Source of the DNA: a virus
Reading direction: 5' to 3' (one strand)
Virus record (IMG/VR): IMGVR_UViG_3300050821_003860
Coordinates: 4,023-68,022 of that record
Length of the DNA stretch: 64,000 nt
In this document: piece after piece, positions 49,473 to 58,609 of the stretch
Position numbering within the stretch: position 1 is the stretch's first letter
Layout: every line of letters begins with the position of its first letter
Made by a program: the position numbers and the translations under genes
The notes under the pieces: model-generated
Told to the model about the DNA's origin: nothing
Databases searched by the model: none
The model's input: the letters and a program-made list of their open reading frames with translations, nothing else

Positions 49473-50312
49473 TCATGGTCCCTCTCCGTTGGTGAGGATG
49501 CGGATTAGCTGGTGGCCGATGTACTCAGCGACCCAAGGGCTCACGGCGTTTCCGTAGGAGTCAAGAGAGTCCACTGAGCAGGAAATCCCATCATCCACCG
49601 GACCATCGTCAAAAGGTCCGCGGTCCCAAGCCCGACAGCTTCGCATACTTCGTTGAGCGGGCGTGAATTTCGAGAGAGCGTTTTCGAGGATGCTTTCCCG
49701 CTCCTGCCCTTGCGCACGGTAGGCGTCGGCAAGAATCCGGCTGTACGCATGGCTCGATAGATTTCCGTTCGATTCGCTCCAGAAGACCGAATGCCCGAAC
49801 AGGCCCGTGGCGTTGGCAAGAATGAAAGTCCTGTCCCGGATATGCGGGGCACCAAAGGCGGCAGCCGGTATGCAATGCCACTCCGCATCAAACCAGAGCG
49901 AGGCCAGGTCTCCGAGAACTCTATCCATCCCCCGTCCAAGCAGAGCTGAGACGTTTTCCACGATGACGATTCGTGGTCGTAAGACGCCAACGATGCGGGC
50001 GAACTCGGACCACAGTCCAGAACGTTCGCCGTCGATGCCTTCACCTTTTCCGGCGTTGCTGATGTCCTGGCAGGGAAATCCTCCACAGATGACGTCGCAG
50101 CGCCATTCAGATGGGTCACTCGGCGGGAACGTTTTGACGTCATCGTGTCGCCTCACTTCCGGCCAGTGCTTTGCTAAGACTCGCCGGCAGAACTCGTCAA
50201 TCTCGACCTGCCAGACGCATTTCAAACCGGCTCTTTCGAGACCAAGATCAAAGCCACCAATGCCCGCGAACAGACTGCCAAACGTCAGGTCCAGTAATCG
50301 CGGCCTCTTCAC
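49473..50312 (-). CDS. DNA (cytosine-5) methyltransferase, main polypeptide
   Basis: SLFAGIGG, GGFPCQDIS, ENV, APHIRDRTF, YGNAV; motif IX absent in this frame. Confidence 0.92.
   Translation of the reverse strand: MKRPRLLDLTFGSLFAGIGGFDLGLERAGLKCVWQVEIDEFCRRVLAKHWPEVRRHDDVKTFPPSDPSEWRCDVICGGFPCQDISNAGKGEGIDGERSGLWSEFARIVGVLRPRIVIVENVSALLGRGMDRVLGDLASLWFDAEWHCIPAAAFGAPHIRDRTFILANATGLFGHSVFWSESNGNLSSHAYSRILADAYRAQGQERESILENALSKFTPAQRSMRSCRAWDRGPFDDGPVDDGISCSVDSLDSYGNAVSPWVAEYIGHQLIRILTNGEGP
49541..50143 (-). CDS. Nested alternative-frame ORF carrying MTase motif IX (beta polypeptide)
   Basis: 200 aa open frame ending VRWMMGFPAQWT; LPTP repeats. Confidence 0.7.
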   Translation of the reverse strand: MTSKRSRRVTHLNGAATSSVEDFPARTSATPEKVKASTANVLDCGPSSPASLASYDHESSSWKTSQLCLDGGWIEFSETWPRSGLMRSGIAYRLPPLVPRISGTGLSFLPTPRACSGIRSSGANRTEIYRAMRTAGFLPTPTVRKGRSGKASSKTLSRNSRPLNEVCEAVGLGTADLLTMVRWMMGFPAQWTLLTPTETP

Positions 50313-50406
50313 AGCCTCAGTCCCTCCATCTCCCGCATCCCATACCAGTATTCCGCCTCGCAGCGGAGAGCCATTCCGGGTTTCTCCTCGTGGGTGTACC
50401 GGGGGG

Positions 50407-51063
50407 TTACACCTGCGCTCCTTCGGGCATGTACTGCAACGCTTTCCGCGCCATCCGATCAAGTTCAGTCCCCGCCGCTGGGCCTTCCTTCATGGCCATT
50501 TCCTGCAAGATCGGTAGGCCCGTTCGCACGCTTTCGGAGACTTCCTCAGCCGTGGCCTTGCGTCCCTGACAGTACCACAGCGGAGTCTCGGCCGGCTCTC
50601 CGATGTTGATGAGCCAACCTCCCATACCGTCATCGAACAGGTAGGCTGTCTCGCTTGTCCAGAGGCAGGTCACTCCGGGATTGCGGCGGATCATTAACCC
50701 GTCCGCGTCTTGCGTCTCTTCCGGCAAGCCGTTCTCGCGCCGATCCATCTGTGGCTTGGTCAGGAACGGACACGCCATCGCGGAGTAGATCGCACATTCC
50801 TTGTGACATCCCGGCTCGGCGGTTGTGCGGTTGACTACGCACATGGGGCCGATGACGAAGGTTTGCCGCTTCGGGTAGCCGAGAGACTTCCCGCACACCC
50901 AGCACTCGCCTAGTATCCATGCCAACTCACGGACTTGCGGTCCAGCGACACGAAACTCCGGCTTGCCGTTCTGCCAGTAGACAAACCGGGGAACCGGGTA
51001 GCCTCGATCATCAACGGGCAGATGAGCCATGTTCGCTGGCAGAGGCGGTAAATCTGGTCGCAT
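50407..51063 (-). CDS. Conserved hypothetical phage protein (RGYPVP...CWVCG...HKECAIYS..ACPFL)
   Basis: Cys/His motifs; RBS. Confidence 0.7.
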   Translation of the reverse strand: MRPDLPPLPANMAHLPVDDRGYPVPRFVYWQNGKPEFRVAGPQVRELAWILGECWVCGKSLGYPKRQTFVIGPMCVVNRTTAEPGCHKECAIYSAMACPFLTKPQMDRRENGLPEETQDADGLMIRRNPGVTCLWTSETAYLFDDGMGGWLINIGEPAETPLWYCQGRKATAEEVSESVRTGLPILQEMAMKEGPAAGTELDRMARKALQYMPEGAQV

Positions 51064-51525
51064 CTCTCACTCTCCCTTAGAGGATGCCTTTCCGGGCGGT
51101 TTGCACTGCCCGGCGCCAGTCTTCTCATTCCCGACTAGGGTTGTCTTGTCGCCTGCTGCGCCGCGACTGGCCTGCGGCAGCAACGAGCCCCCCTACCCCC
51201 CAAACGGGAAGGGGATACGCAGAACCTGAAGCTGATTAGGGCGGTCAGCCGCAGGGAGTCAGGATTGTCTCGCGGGGAGCACTCGGGGTTTCCACCCGAA
51301 TACAGATGCTCCAACCGGGTCGATGCCTCTTGTTGCGAGAGTCCTGCCGGTGGTCGATCGCTGCCACCGACTTCAGCTTGCCAATGAGGGCTATGGTTCG
51401 CTGGTGGTGTTGACAGAGAAGTGCGGTCATCTAAGATGAAGGTACTTCGCTGAGCACACAGCGAGGGCGATTCTTCAGGCCGTTGGGAGAGTGATGACTC
51501 CCAGCGGCCTTCTTCGTCAAATAGC

Positions 51526-51918
51526 CTAAACATTGGCACCTTCTTTTGCAATAGCTTTTCGCAACTTCCTGGCTTTCTGTGTCTCCCGAGCCTTTTGGGC
51601 ATGGACAGCGCATCGCGTCTTAGTGCCTCCCTTTCTGTCGGCGCCACAGATGCAACACAACCCTTTGGCGATCAGTTTCCGTTGCTTTCGCATCACTCTC
51701 TTGATGTTTTCGAGCCTGTGTTTCTCGCAGTAAAATCGTGAGCCTTTGGGCCTTGGCGAACCGCATTGGATGCAAAGTCCACCGGCAATTAAACGCTTCT
51801 GCCTATCCTTGGTCGTCTTCAGATTCTTCTTTCGGCAAGACTCGCAGTAGACCAGCGAAGAGCCGTCAATCTGATTCGGGCAGCGCTGGCACTTGCCGAT
51901 GTTGGAAAAGCGGCTCAT
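51526..51918 (-). CDS. Repeated zinc-finger protein
   Basis: Three CxxC...CxxC/H units (GLCIQCG, GLCCICG). Confidence 0.7.
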   Translation of the reverse strand: MSRFSNIGKCQRCPNQIDGSSLVYCESCRKKNLKTTKDRQKRLIAGGLCIQCGSPRPKGSRFYCEKHRLENIKRVMRKQRKLIAKGLCCICGADRKGGTKTRCAVHAQKARETQKARKLRKAIAKEGANV

Positions 51919-53174
51919 GTGGTCTCTCCCTTCTCACTGCTCTGCTCCGGTGCAAGTGATTTCTGCCGCTCTGCTTCCAACTCAGCGATTATTTGATCCG
52001 CTTCATCCAGGTCTTGTTCAGACTGTTCGATGTATCGGCAGAAGATGCAATGCTCGCCGCCCTCATCATTGACTTCGATGCAGCCTAGCGGGTGGCCGCA
52101 ACTCGCCTTCATCTCCATTACTTGCTCGGCTCTGTCGGCGCGATCTTGCTCTGCCTCTAAGCGAGCGATGATGCCTCTCGCTTCCAGAGGGGTAAGCTTG
52201 ACGTAGGTGAGACGGGCATTCTCGGTCATATCCAAGTAGCCCTTGACCTCGGCGATTTGATCATTCGTCGCTGGCTCGCTCATCTTGTCACTCTCCAGTA
52301 GGACTGGACTCGGAACGGGCTTCTTTCTGTAAGAAGTAACGCAAGTTCCAGTTGTGCCAGAACGTCAACACGGCGAAGAAAGTGGCTCGGTCCCACTGGC
52401 CCAAACAAACATCGGCCAGTGAAGCCACTCCGGTTGCCAGCATCGCAAGGCCGTATAAGGTACTCATGTCTCCTCCCGTGGTTCGACTACCTCAGCCCGG
52501 TCACTTCGCCGATCCCTTACGGCGCCGGCAGGACTCCATGACCTCTTCGTAGTCCGTCCGCTTGTAGGATCGCGAGGCGCTGCACATATAGCGCTGTAAC
52601 GGCGTCGGCACGAGACCCTTTGATTTCCCCGATGTCGAGGAAGACGGCTTCGGCCGGTAGGAAGCGTGGTACTGCATCTTCTGCATTCGCTTCCGCTCTT
52701 TGTTGGTCAGACTAACCATTAGACTTCTCCCGTAAGGTTTTCGGGCACTACCTCAGCCCGGACAATCTGCCCGGGCCGGTCCAAGAGTATCTCGCCGAAC
52801 TCAATGGCACTTGGCTCATTGCCCTCAAAGAGTAACCGCGCGTCCTCCCGCATACGGCGGTCTGACTCGGCATTGCGGCCGGTCACCACGTAGTTGCCAT
52901 CGGCATCAAAAGCTATGGCAAAGCGGGCGGTGATCTTCCCTGAGTCGGTCACGGTTGCTCCTTTCAGGTTCCATACCTTGCGTTGAAGTCGGCCACGTAG
53001 CGATCGGTTTCGGGCGACACTTCGGCCGTCACTCCCAGCGCCCAAAGCAAAGCACCGATAACCAGCAAGCTGCGGTTGCACAAGACGCAATCGCAGTTCG
53101 GTGACAACCGGCTCTCAAGGGCGCGGATGTGACTCCGGATTTCCTCTTCGCTCTTCATGGCGGTTTGCTCCCTT

Positions 53175-53543
53175 TCAAGCCAGGATACGTTCGATGTCAT
53201 CCCAATCTTTCGGCCACCAGCAGTAGTGTTCCTGCTTGGCTCTCTCCATCCGATCCGCCCATACCTTCTGAGCCGGTTTCTGCCGGCCGTGCTTCGATTT
53301 TAACTCGGCGTAGATGACCCGCTCCCGAGTGAGGACGTTGTCGAAGAAGCCCTCTCCGTCAGCTTGGAACGGCGTCTCCCAATAGACCGACCCGTTCGCT
53401 CGACGCACGCAAACCGTCCGGAAGTGGACAACGCTCCAGCCGAGACGATGGGCTAGGTCGATCAGCATGTCCTGGAAAAGCTCCTCCGTCCAATCCTCCC
53501 GGACCATCTGGCGGACCTCTTCGGCGGTGTAGGTGCGGGTCAC
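53175..53543 (-). CDS. VRR-NUC domain nuclease
   Basis: GFFDNVL...IYAELKSKHGRQKPAQKVW. Confidence 0.85.
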   Translation of the reverse strand: MTRTYTAEEVRQMVREDWTEELFQDMLIDLAHRLGWSVVHFRTVCVRRANGSVYWETPFQADGEGFFDNVLTRERVIYAELKSKHGRQKPAQKVWADRMERAKQEHYCWWPKDWDDIERILA

Positions 53544-53718
53544 TTTGCGACCTCTCGTTCTGCGGCATGGCGTTGGGCGACTCGCTGCTTAATCCTTTCA
53601 ATACACTCGTGCAGGTCTCGCCAGTCGTCTTCAGTCCAGTCTTTGACATCGCGGGGAAGCCCGTCGCTAGTGAAGCGTTTCGATTGGTCTCGCCTCAGCT
53701 TCTTTGCGGCCATTCCGT

Positions 53719-54180
53719 TCATCTTCCCCTCTCAATCCACGGGTCGCCTAGCTGGTCTAGGATGCCCACACCTTCGCACACGTCACACCGCACCGCTCGC
53801 AGTGCCTTCCCTAAGTATCCGAACCCGTCGCACCGCCAGCAGATGCCGCATTCCTTGGGAGCTCGTCGCATCGTGTAGAGCCTAGTAAAAGTCTCTTCGG
53901 CTCTCTTCTCTGGAGTGAGGCACCAGGGAAACTCTCGACAAACGATGTCGAACATCAACTCATCGGGGCTGGGGGCTTTGCCCGTATCATGGTGTCGCTG
54001 GTGGCACTCCCGACAGAGAGGAGCAAGGTTGAACCAAACACTTAGTTCTCCTCCCCCTCCCATGCCTTTCGTGAGAACGTGTGCCGCTTCACTCGGCTCT
54101 GACCGAAAACACCAGCAACACCGCATCTGTCGTATGGCGTCTAGGATCGGCTTGACGAGTTTTGGATCGTCGTGGGTCAC
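53719..54180 (-). CDS. HNH-like nuclease (DUF968-like) with C-terminal CxxCxGxG zinc finger
   Basis: CCWC...EAAHV...APLCRECHQRHH; CWRCDGFG, CDVCEGVG. Confidence 0.7.
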   Translation of the reverse strand: MTHDDPKLVKPILDAIRQMRCCWCFRSEPSEAAHVLTKGMGGGGELSVWFNLAPLCRECHQRHHDTGKAPSPDELMFDIVCREFPWCLTPEKRAEETFTRLYTMRRAPKECGICWRCDGFGYLGKALRAVRCDVCEGVGILDQLGDPWIERGR

Positions 54181-54838
54181 GGCGCCTCTTCCTTCGCCGG
54201 GAACAATGCTGCGAGCCCATCCACCGCAAACCGGACCTCGGATTCCGTCTTCAGCTTCCGCACGGCTCGGGCTGCCGTGTTGAGAGCTGCCAAGGCCGGC
54301 TCACTTGGGAGTATCTGCCGCTTTGGCTTGGCGGGTGAACTCGGCGGGCTTTCCGTTTGTGGCAGGTCCGGGTTTGGTTGATCCGGAACCTCGACTGTCT
54401 GGCCGAATGTCTGGCTGTCGTTCGAGAGTCTTCGGTTGCTCATTGGCTTCTCCAGTTAGATCGGTGTAAATCCGCCGCAGTAAGCTTTCGACCCGGGCGT
54501 CGCGGCGCTTGTAAGCCCGGCCGATGATCGCGTCTAACTCCTCATCCTTGGGACCGTTCACAAGGCGGGCAGCAATTTCGACACCAATGCCGCGCAATAG
54601 GACGCCGCCCATCTCGTCACCGTACTTGTCGAGGAACTCTTGCAGGGTCAACGCTGAACCCTCTCAGGCTTACATCCTGCCTTGTGCTTCCATCGCCACT
54701 CCCCATTGACCAACAGGGAAATCACTTCCCCACCACAGAGCGGGCAGATTCCTACCTCGCACTGGTGATCCTCAGCCAGTACCCGTCCAAGCGGGTCGGT
54801 GTCCGTGACATCCTGTTTCGGGTAGGCGAACCGCATGG

Positions 54839-55123
54839 TTACTCCTCGCTTTCTTCCTCTCCGCCTTCGCCGCCCTTCTTGGCCCGCTTGACCTTCACCT
54901 TTTCCAGATCCTTGATCGTGACTACCTTTCCGTCGTACTCGTATACGGAAAGCTTGTTGTCCTTCATCAGTCGCAGCAGGGTATCCTGCCTAGTAATCTC
55001 GATTTTCTGCTGGCCCGTACGGAGATCACGAGCCTCGACGTATTCCTCAGCGGCCTTGTCAATCTCCGGGATAGAGGGAGGCTCCGTCCCCGGAATGTGA
55101 CGCTGCCTCGGTTTCTTCGCCAT
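54839..55123 (-). CDS. Small coiled-coil phage protein
   Basis: IPEIDKAAEEYVEARD; RBS. Confidence 0.55.
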   Translation of the reverse strand: MAKKPRQRHIPGTEPPSIPEIDKAAEEYVEARDLRTGQQKIEITRQDTLLRLMKDNKLSVYEYDGKVVTIKDLEKVKVKRAKKGGEGGEEESEE

Positions 55124-56699
55124 AATCAAACCCCTTCGGTCTAGCCCTCTCGGGCACGCTGGTTAGCTGGTCCATCGGTACATCCTTCACCAGCCAATAC
55201 TTATGAATCTCCTGAACCGGCATGAGAGGCCAAGCCGGGTCGGGCCACTGCCAGTAGTTTTCTTGAGCGAACAAGGCCATTGCGGCGGCGAACGTCTTGG
55301 AACCCTTCACCGATCTTGATCGCCAGTACATCCGCTCCCAACGCTTCGGACCTTCTGGGACCTTGCAGATGCGGTGCGGTCGGAAGATGTCTCCGACTTG
55401 CTCCTTTAGGATTCCTTCGGAAGTGAGGACAGGCCGCGACTTGATTCGTGGGAACTCAAAGCCGCAACCGCCCCGCGCGACATTGCAAGTGCGACCTCCA
55501 GCCCAAACCCGGCGGCAACTAGGACAGAGGAAAGGTTCTCCTCCCGTTTTCCGGAGTCCATCAGAGCGAATGCTGGAGGCAATGTCGGGCGTGTAGGCGA
55601 GTTCCCAATGTCGGTCTTCGTTGAGACTCCCGTGTCGCCACCAGTTCCCGCCGTGGTCTTGAATGGTGACGCAATCCAGGGAAACGTGATTACGAAGCAC
55701 GCGCCCGCCGGACTGAAGGTAAGTCTGCAAGCCGCCGAAGATACACGCAAAGATGCAGTGAGCGAGCCAAGGAGCGTTAATGCCTTCGCGTAAGACGAAC
55801 CGGGTTGAGATTCCGATGATTCGTCCTTCCCGGCTGGCGGCGAGTAAGTCTCGCCGGTTATCCTTGCCTTGCTGCCCGACTGCGGTTTTGAATTCGCCAT
55901 TGATCCAAATCTCCTCTCCGTCGATGTGTGCCCACGGGCAACCCTTGGACGTGAACCGCTCGGCGTACCACAGTGATTCCGGAACCCCCGGAGCGAACAG
56001 AAGCGTCGGCTTGCGCTCCGGGTTTATCTTCTGGAAGTTCTCCCAAACGCTCCCGAAGACGCGGTGAGGAGCCATCGCCTTCTCGGCTTCCTTCACCTTG
56101 AACAGCGGGCCGGGGGAAATCTGCTTGAAGGATCGCATATCCGGCTCATCTGGTGCGAAGTGGATCGCCGGTATGATCGCTCCGCAAGCCCGTAGATCGG
56201 TCATGTTCGCGGCCACGATCAGAACGTCGCAGGTGTCCGCCATTCCCAATGGAGTGCCCGTCAGCATGACGTAGGCCGCGCCCGCTTCCAGGTGAGCATC
56301 AAGAATGCCCTTGGCCATCGCGTTGTTCTGCAAGTGGCCTTCATCGACCAGCAGCCGTTGCGCCGGGTGAAGAGCACCGCCTCGCTTGCTTCTGCTGTGC
56401 TCCGTCTGAATCGAGGAAATCTGTACGGCCTTTTCGTGCTGCTCCTCTTCGCCCGATGCCCGGATGCCGTGGTCTATCCCGGAGTCGGCGAAGTCCTGGT
56501 CAAGCTGTTCGATCAGGAAACGGCGATTAGAGTAAATGCCAACCCACAACCGATCCTCTCGCCATCGCCGGGTCAACTCCTCCATCACCCACGTCTTTCC
56601 GCCTCCCGTGGGAATGTAGAGCGCGATCCGCCTTGTGCCGGCCGAGATGGCTGCCAGCACTTCATCAACGGCCTTCAGTTGGTGCGCCCAAGGAATCAC
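55059..56699 (-). CDS. Superfamily II DExH helicase with C-terminal zinc finger
   Basis: PTGGGKT, DEGH, LTGTP, LREGINAP, QSGGRVLR, DHGGN, CPSC; GTG overlaps the upstream stop. Confidence 0.92.
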   Translation of the reverse strand: MIPWAHQLKAVDEVLAAISAGTRRIALYIPTGGGKTWVMEELTRRWREDRLWVGIYSNRRFLIEQLDQDFADSGIDHGIRASGEEEQHEKAVQISSIQTEHSRSKRGGALHPAQRLLVDEGHLQNNAMAKGILDAHLEAGAAYVMLTGTPLGMADTCDVLIVAANMTDLRACGAIIPAIHFAPDEPDMRSFKQISPGPLFKVKEAEKAMAPHRVFGSVWENFQKINPERKPTLLFAPGVPESLWYAERFTSKGCPWAHIDGEEIWINGEFKTAVGQQGKDNRRDLLAASREGRIIGISTRFVLREGINAPWLAHCIFACIFGGLQTYLQSGGRVLRNHVSLDCVTIQDHGGNWWRHGSLNEDRHWELAYTPDIASSIRSDGLRKTGGEPFLCPSCRRVWAGGRTCNVARGGCGFEFPRIKSRPVLTSEGILKEQVGDIFRPHRICKVPEGPKRWERMYWRSRSVKGSKTFAAAMALFAQENYWQWPDPAWPLMPVQEIHKYWLVKDVPMDQLTSVPERARPKGFDYGEETEAASHSGDGASLYPGD

Positions 56700-57598
56700 G
56701 CCTTCACCTTCTGCAATCGCTTCTTCCAATCTTTCATAGTTTTTGCCACCTTGCCGAGCAACTCGACAACTTCCTTGTACTCGGCGCTCTGCTTCTCTTC
56801 CTTGAACACGTCCTTGATCACGTTCGGGAACCGGGCCACGATCCCGAAAGCGGTCTCATACTTGGTCCAGGTGATCTCGACTTTACCGTTGTTCTGCCGC
56901 TTCTTCTTCTCGGCCTTCTCCTGTTCGCTGTCGTCGCCCGGCTCGCGGGGCGCTTTGCCGTTTCTCTCCTTCCTGGCGTTGTCCCGAATGATCTTGCAAT
57001 CCGGGCAATTCTTCTTCGGGCCGTTGAGTCGGCAGTTACGGCAGAAGACAGGAGCAGCCTTTGTGGAGGACTGTTCTCGGCCATCCTTACCCGTCACTTT
57101 GCCATCGGGAGGCGCAGGTGTACCGCCCAATACACCGGGAGCGTTTTCGAGGTCGCGTTGTGTGGTTGCGGGAGTCACGCCGGTCTTTTCTGCGATAGAT
57201 CGGATGCTCTCGCCTTGCTCTCGCAGACGCGCTGCCTCTGCTCGCCTCTCTTCGATGCGCTTGGCAATGTCCTCTTCGTCTTCATGTCGGCGGTTGTCGT
57301 TGACCAGTTCGTCCCATTCTTCCAGGGTCAGATCCTTCTGGAGTCGCACCGGCTCGAAATCGGGCCGTAAACCGGCTTCGATACACGCCTGGTAGAACTG
57401 CCACCCGTCCGCAACTTTGATCTTCCCGCCGTCGCTTGGGTCCGGCGCGAGCTTCACTTTCCGTTCGTTTACATTGCCGAATTTCTTGACTCCATCCCGC
57501 ATTCGCTCCAATGCCTTGCCCTTTAGGTCGGGTCGCCGGGCCGATACGGGATGCCGTTGCAGGGTTCGCCAGGTTCGCGGTTGTGTGAAAGTGGCCAT
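56696..57598 (-). CDS. ParB-like N-terminal domain plus HTH DNA-binding protein
   Basis: RHPVS...VADGWQFYQAC...NDNRRH; GESIRSIAEKTGVTPATTQRDL; KVTGKDGR; CRNC/CPDC. Confidence 0.75.
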   Translation of the reverse strand: MATFTQPRTWRTLQRHPVSARRPDLKGKALERMRDGVKKFGNVNERKVKLAPDPSDGGKIKVADGWQFYQACIEAGLRPDFEPVRLQKDLTLEEWDELVNDNRRHEDEEDIAKRIEERRAEAARLREQGESIRSIAEKTGVTPATTQRDLENAPGVLGGTPAPPDGKVTGKDGREQSSTKAAPVFCRNCRLNGPKKNCPDCKIIRDNARKERNGKAPREPGDDSEQEKAEKKKRQNNGKVEITWTKYETAFGIVARFPNVIKDVFKEEKQSAEYKEVVELLGKVAKTMKDWKKRLQKVKA

Positions 57599-57730
57599 GA
57601 ATCCTCCAGAGGAAAAGCGCCGCCGCCCCGGGAAATTTCCCCGCCAGGTGAAAAAGGCCGAGACGGCGGCGTGGCTTGGTCCCTGGCGGGGACAGAGAGA
57701 CACGGTAGTCTTAATCGCTTCAGTCGTCAA
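57599..57730 (-). promoter_or_regulatory. Promoter TTGACG-N17-TACCGT followed by an attenuator-like leader
   Basis: -35 at 57725-57730, -10 at 57702-57707; interleaved stems, then TTTT before GGAGG. Confidence 0.6.
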
Positions 57731-57967
57731 GGATTTTCTTGATGTCCGACACGAGGGCCGGCTCGGCAGGATATTCGGTCAAGACATGCCTCCGGCTCCA
57801 TACCTCGAATCGGATGGTGCCTCCTCCGTTTTGTCGGAATCCGCACGTCGAGCCATCCTTCTGAACCGAGAACGCGCAGACTCCCTTGCGGAAGGCGTGA
57901 ATGCCTTGCGGATTCTTCCGCTTCTCGCGCTTGAGGTCGGCAACAGTGCGGTATTGCAGCTCAGTGT

Positions 57968-58609
57968 TCACGTCTCTCCCTCCTGCATCACCTTGGCCTC
58001 GATCTCCAGATAGCGGGCGTGGAATTCTTCCAGAGCTTTGCCGAGCTTTTCCGTGTACTCATCCGGCTCCACTCGAATCCGGAACGGAGGCAATCCACGG
58101 CAGTATGAAACGAAGTCCCACCACAAGGCGCCCGTGATCCAGAGAGCGCCATGAACCTGCGGACGGAACTTGAGCGGCAGAATCCCTTTCAGGCAGTAGG
58201 AGACGTGCGCCTTCGCCTGCGGACACTTCAATTCGATACCGCCGATGCTTTCGATGAGTCCGTCCGGGCTACCTCCGAAGCGGCCGTCGAGCGAGGTCAC
58301 GAATCCTCCGTTGCGGACCTTGTGCCCGGTGTTCATCGTGTACCAGCGGCGGGCTTCGGATTCCATTTGCTGGCCCCATTGCATTGCCCGACTGGTGAAG
58401 GACTCGACTCCTTCGGGCGGAATGTCGCTGTACTTCTCTCCGACCAGTTCACAGATGTAGTCCTCGCATGAGTCGGAAATCTTCCCGGTCCCGGTCAGAA
58501 TGCGGGAGAACTCGCTACAGGTCGGGATGCCCTTCCGCATCTGGAACCACGTATCCGATCCCTGTTCAACATCGAAGTACAGGTAATTGCCCATGTTCTC
58601 GGGTGTCAC
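57968..58609 (-). CDS. YqaJ/lambda exonuclease-family recombination nuclease
   Basis: EQGSDTWFQMRKGIPTCS, AMQWG, GGSPDGL, IELKCP, QVHG. Confidence 0.92.
   Translation of the reverse strand: MTPENMGNYLYFDVEQGSDTWFQMRKGIPTCSEFSRILTGTGKISDSCEDYICELVGEKYSDIPPEGVESFTSRAMQWGQQMESEARRWYTMNTGHKVRNGGFVTSLDGRFGGSPDGLIESIGGIELKCPQAKAHVSYCLKGILPLKFRPQVHGALWITGALWWDFVSYCRGLPPFRIRVEPDEYTEKLGKALEEFHARYLEIEAKVMQEGET

Noticed and set aside
706-57136. GGTGT palindromes as CRISPR repeats, REP elements or shufflon recombination sites
   Set aside because: They are dispersed with no regular spacers, arms are only 5-9 bp, cores are heterogeneous, and no cas, transposase or site-specific recombinase gene is visible.
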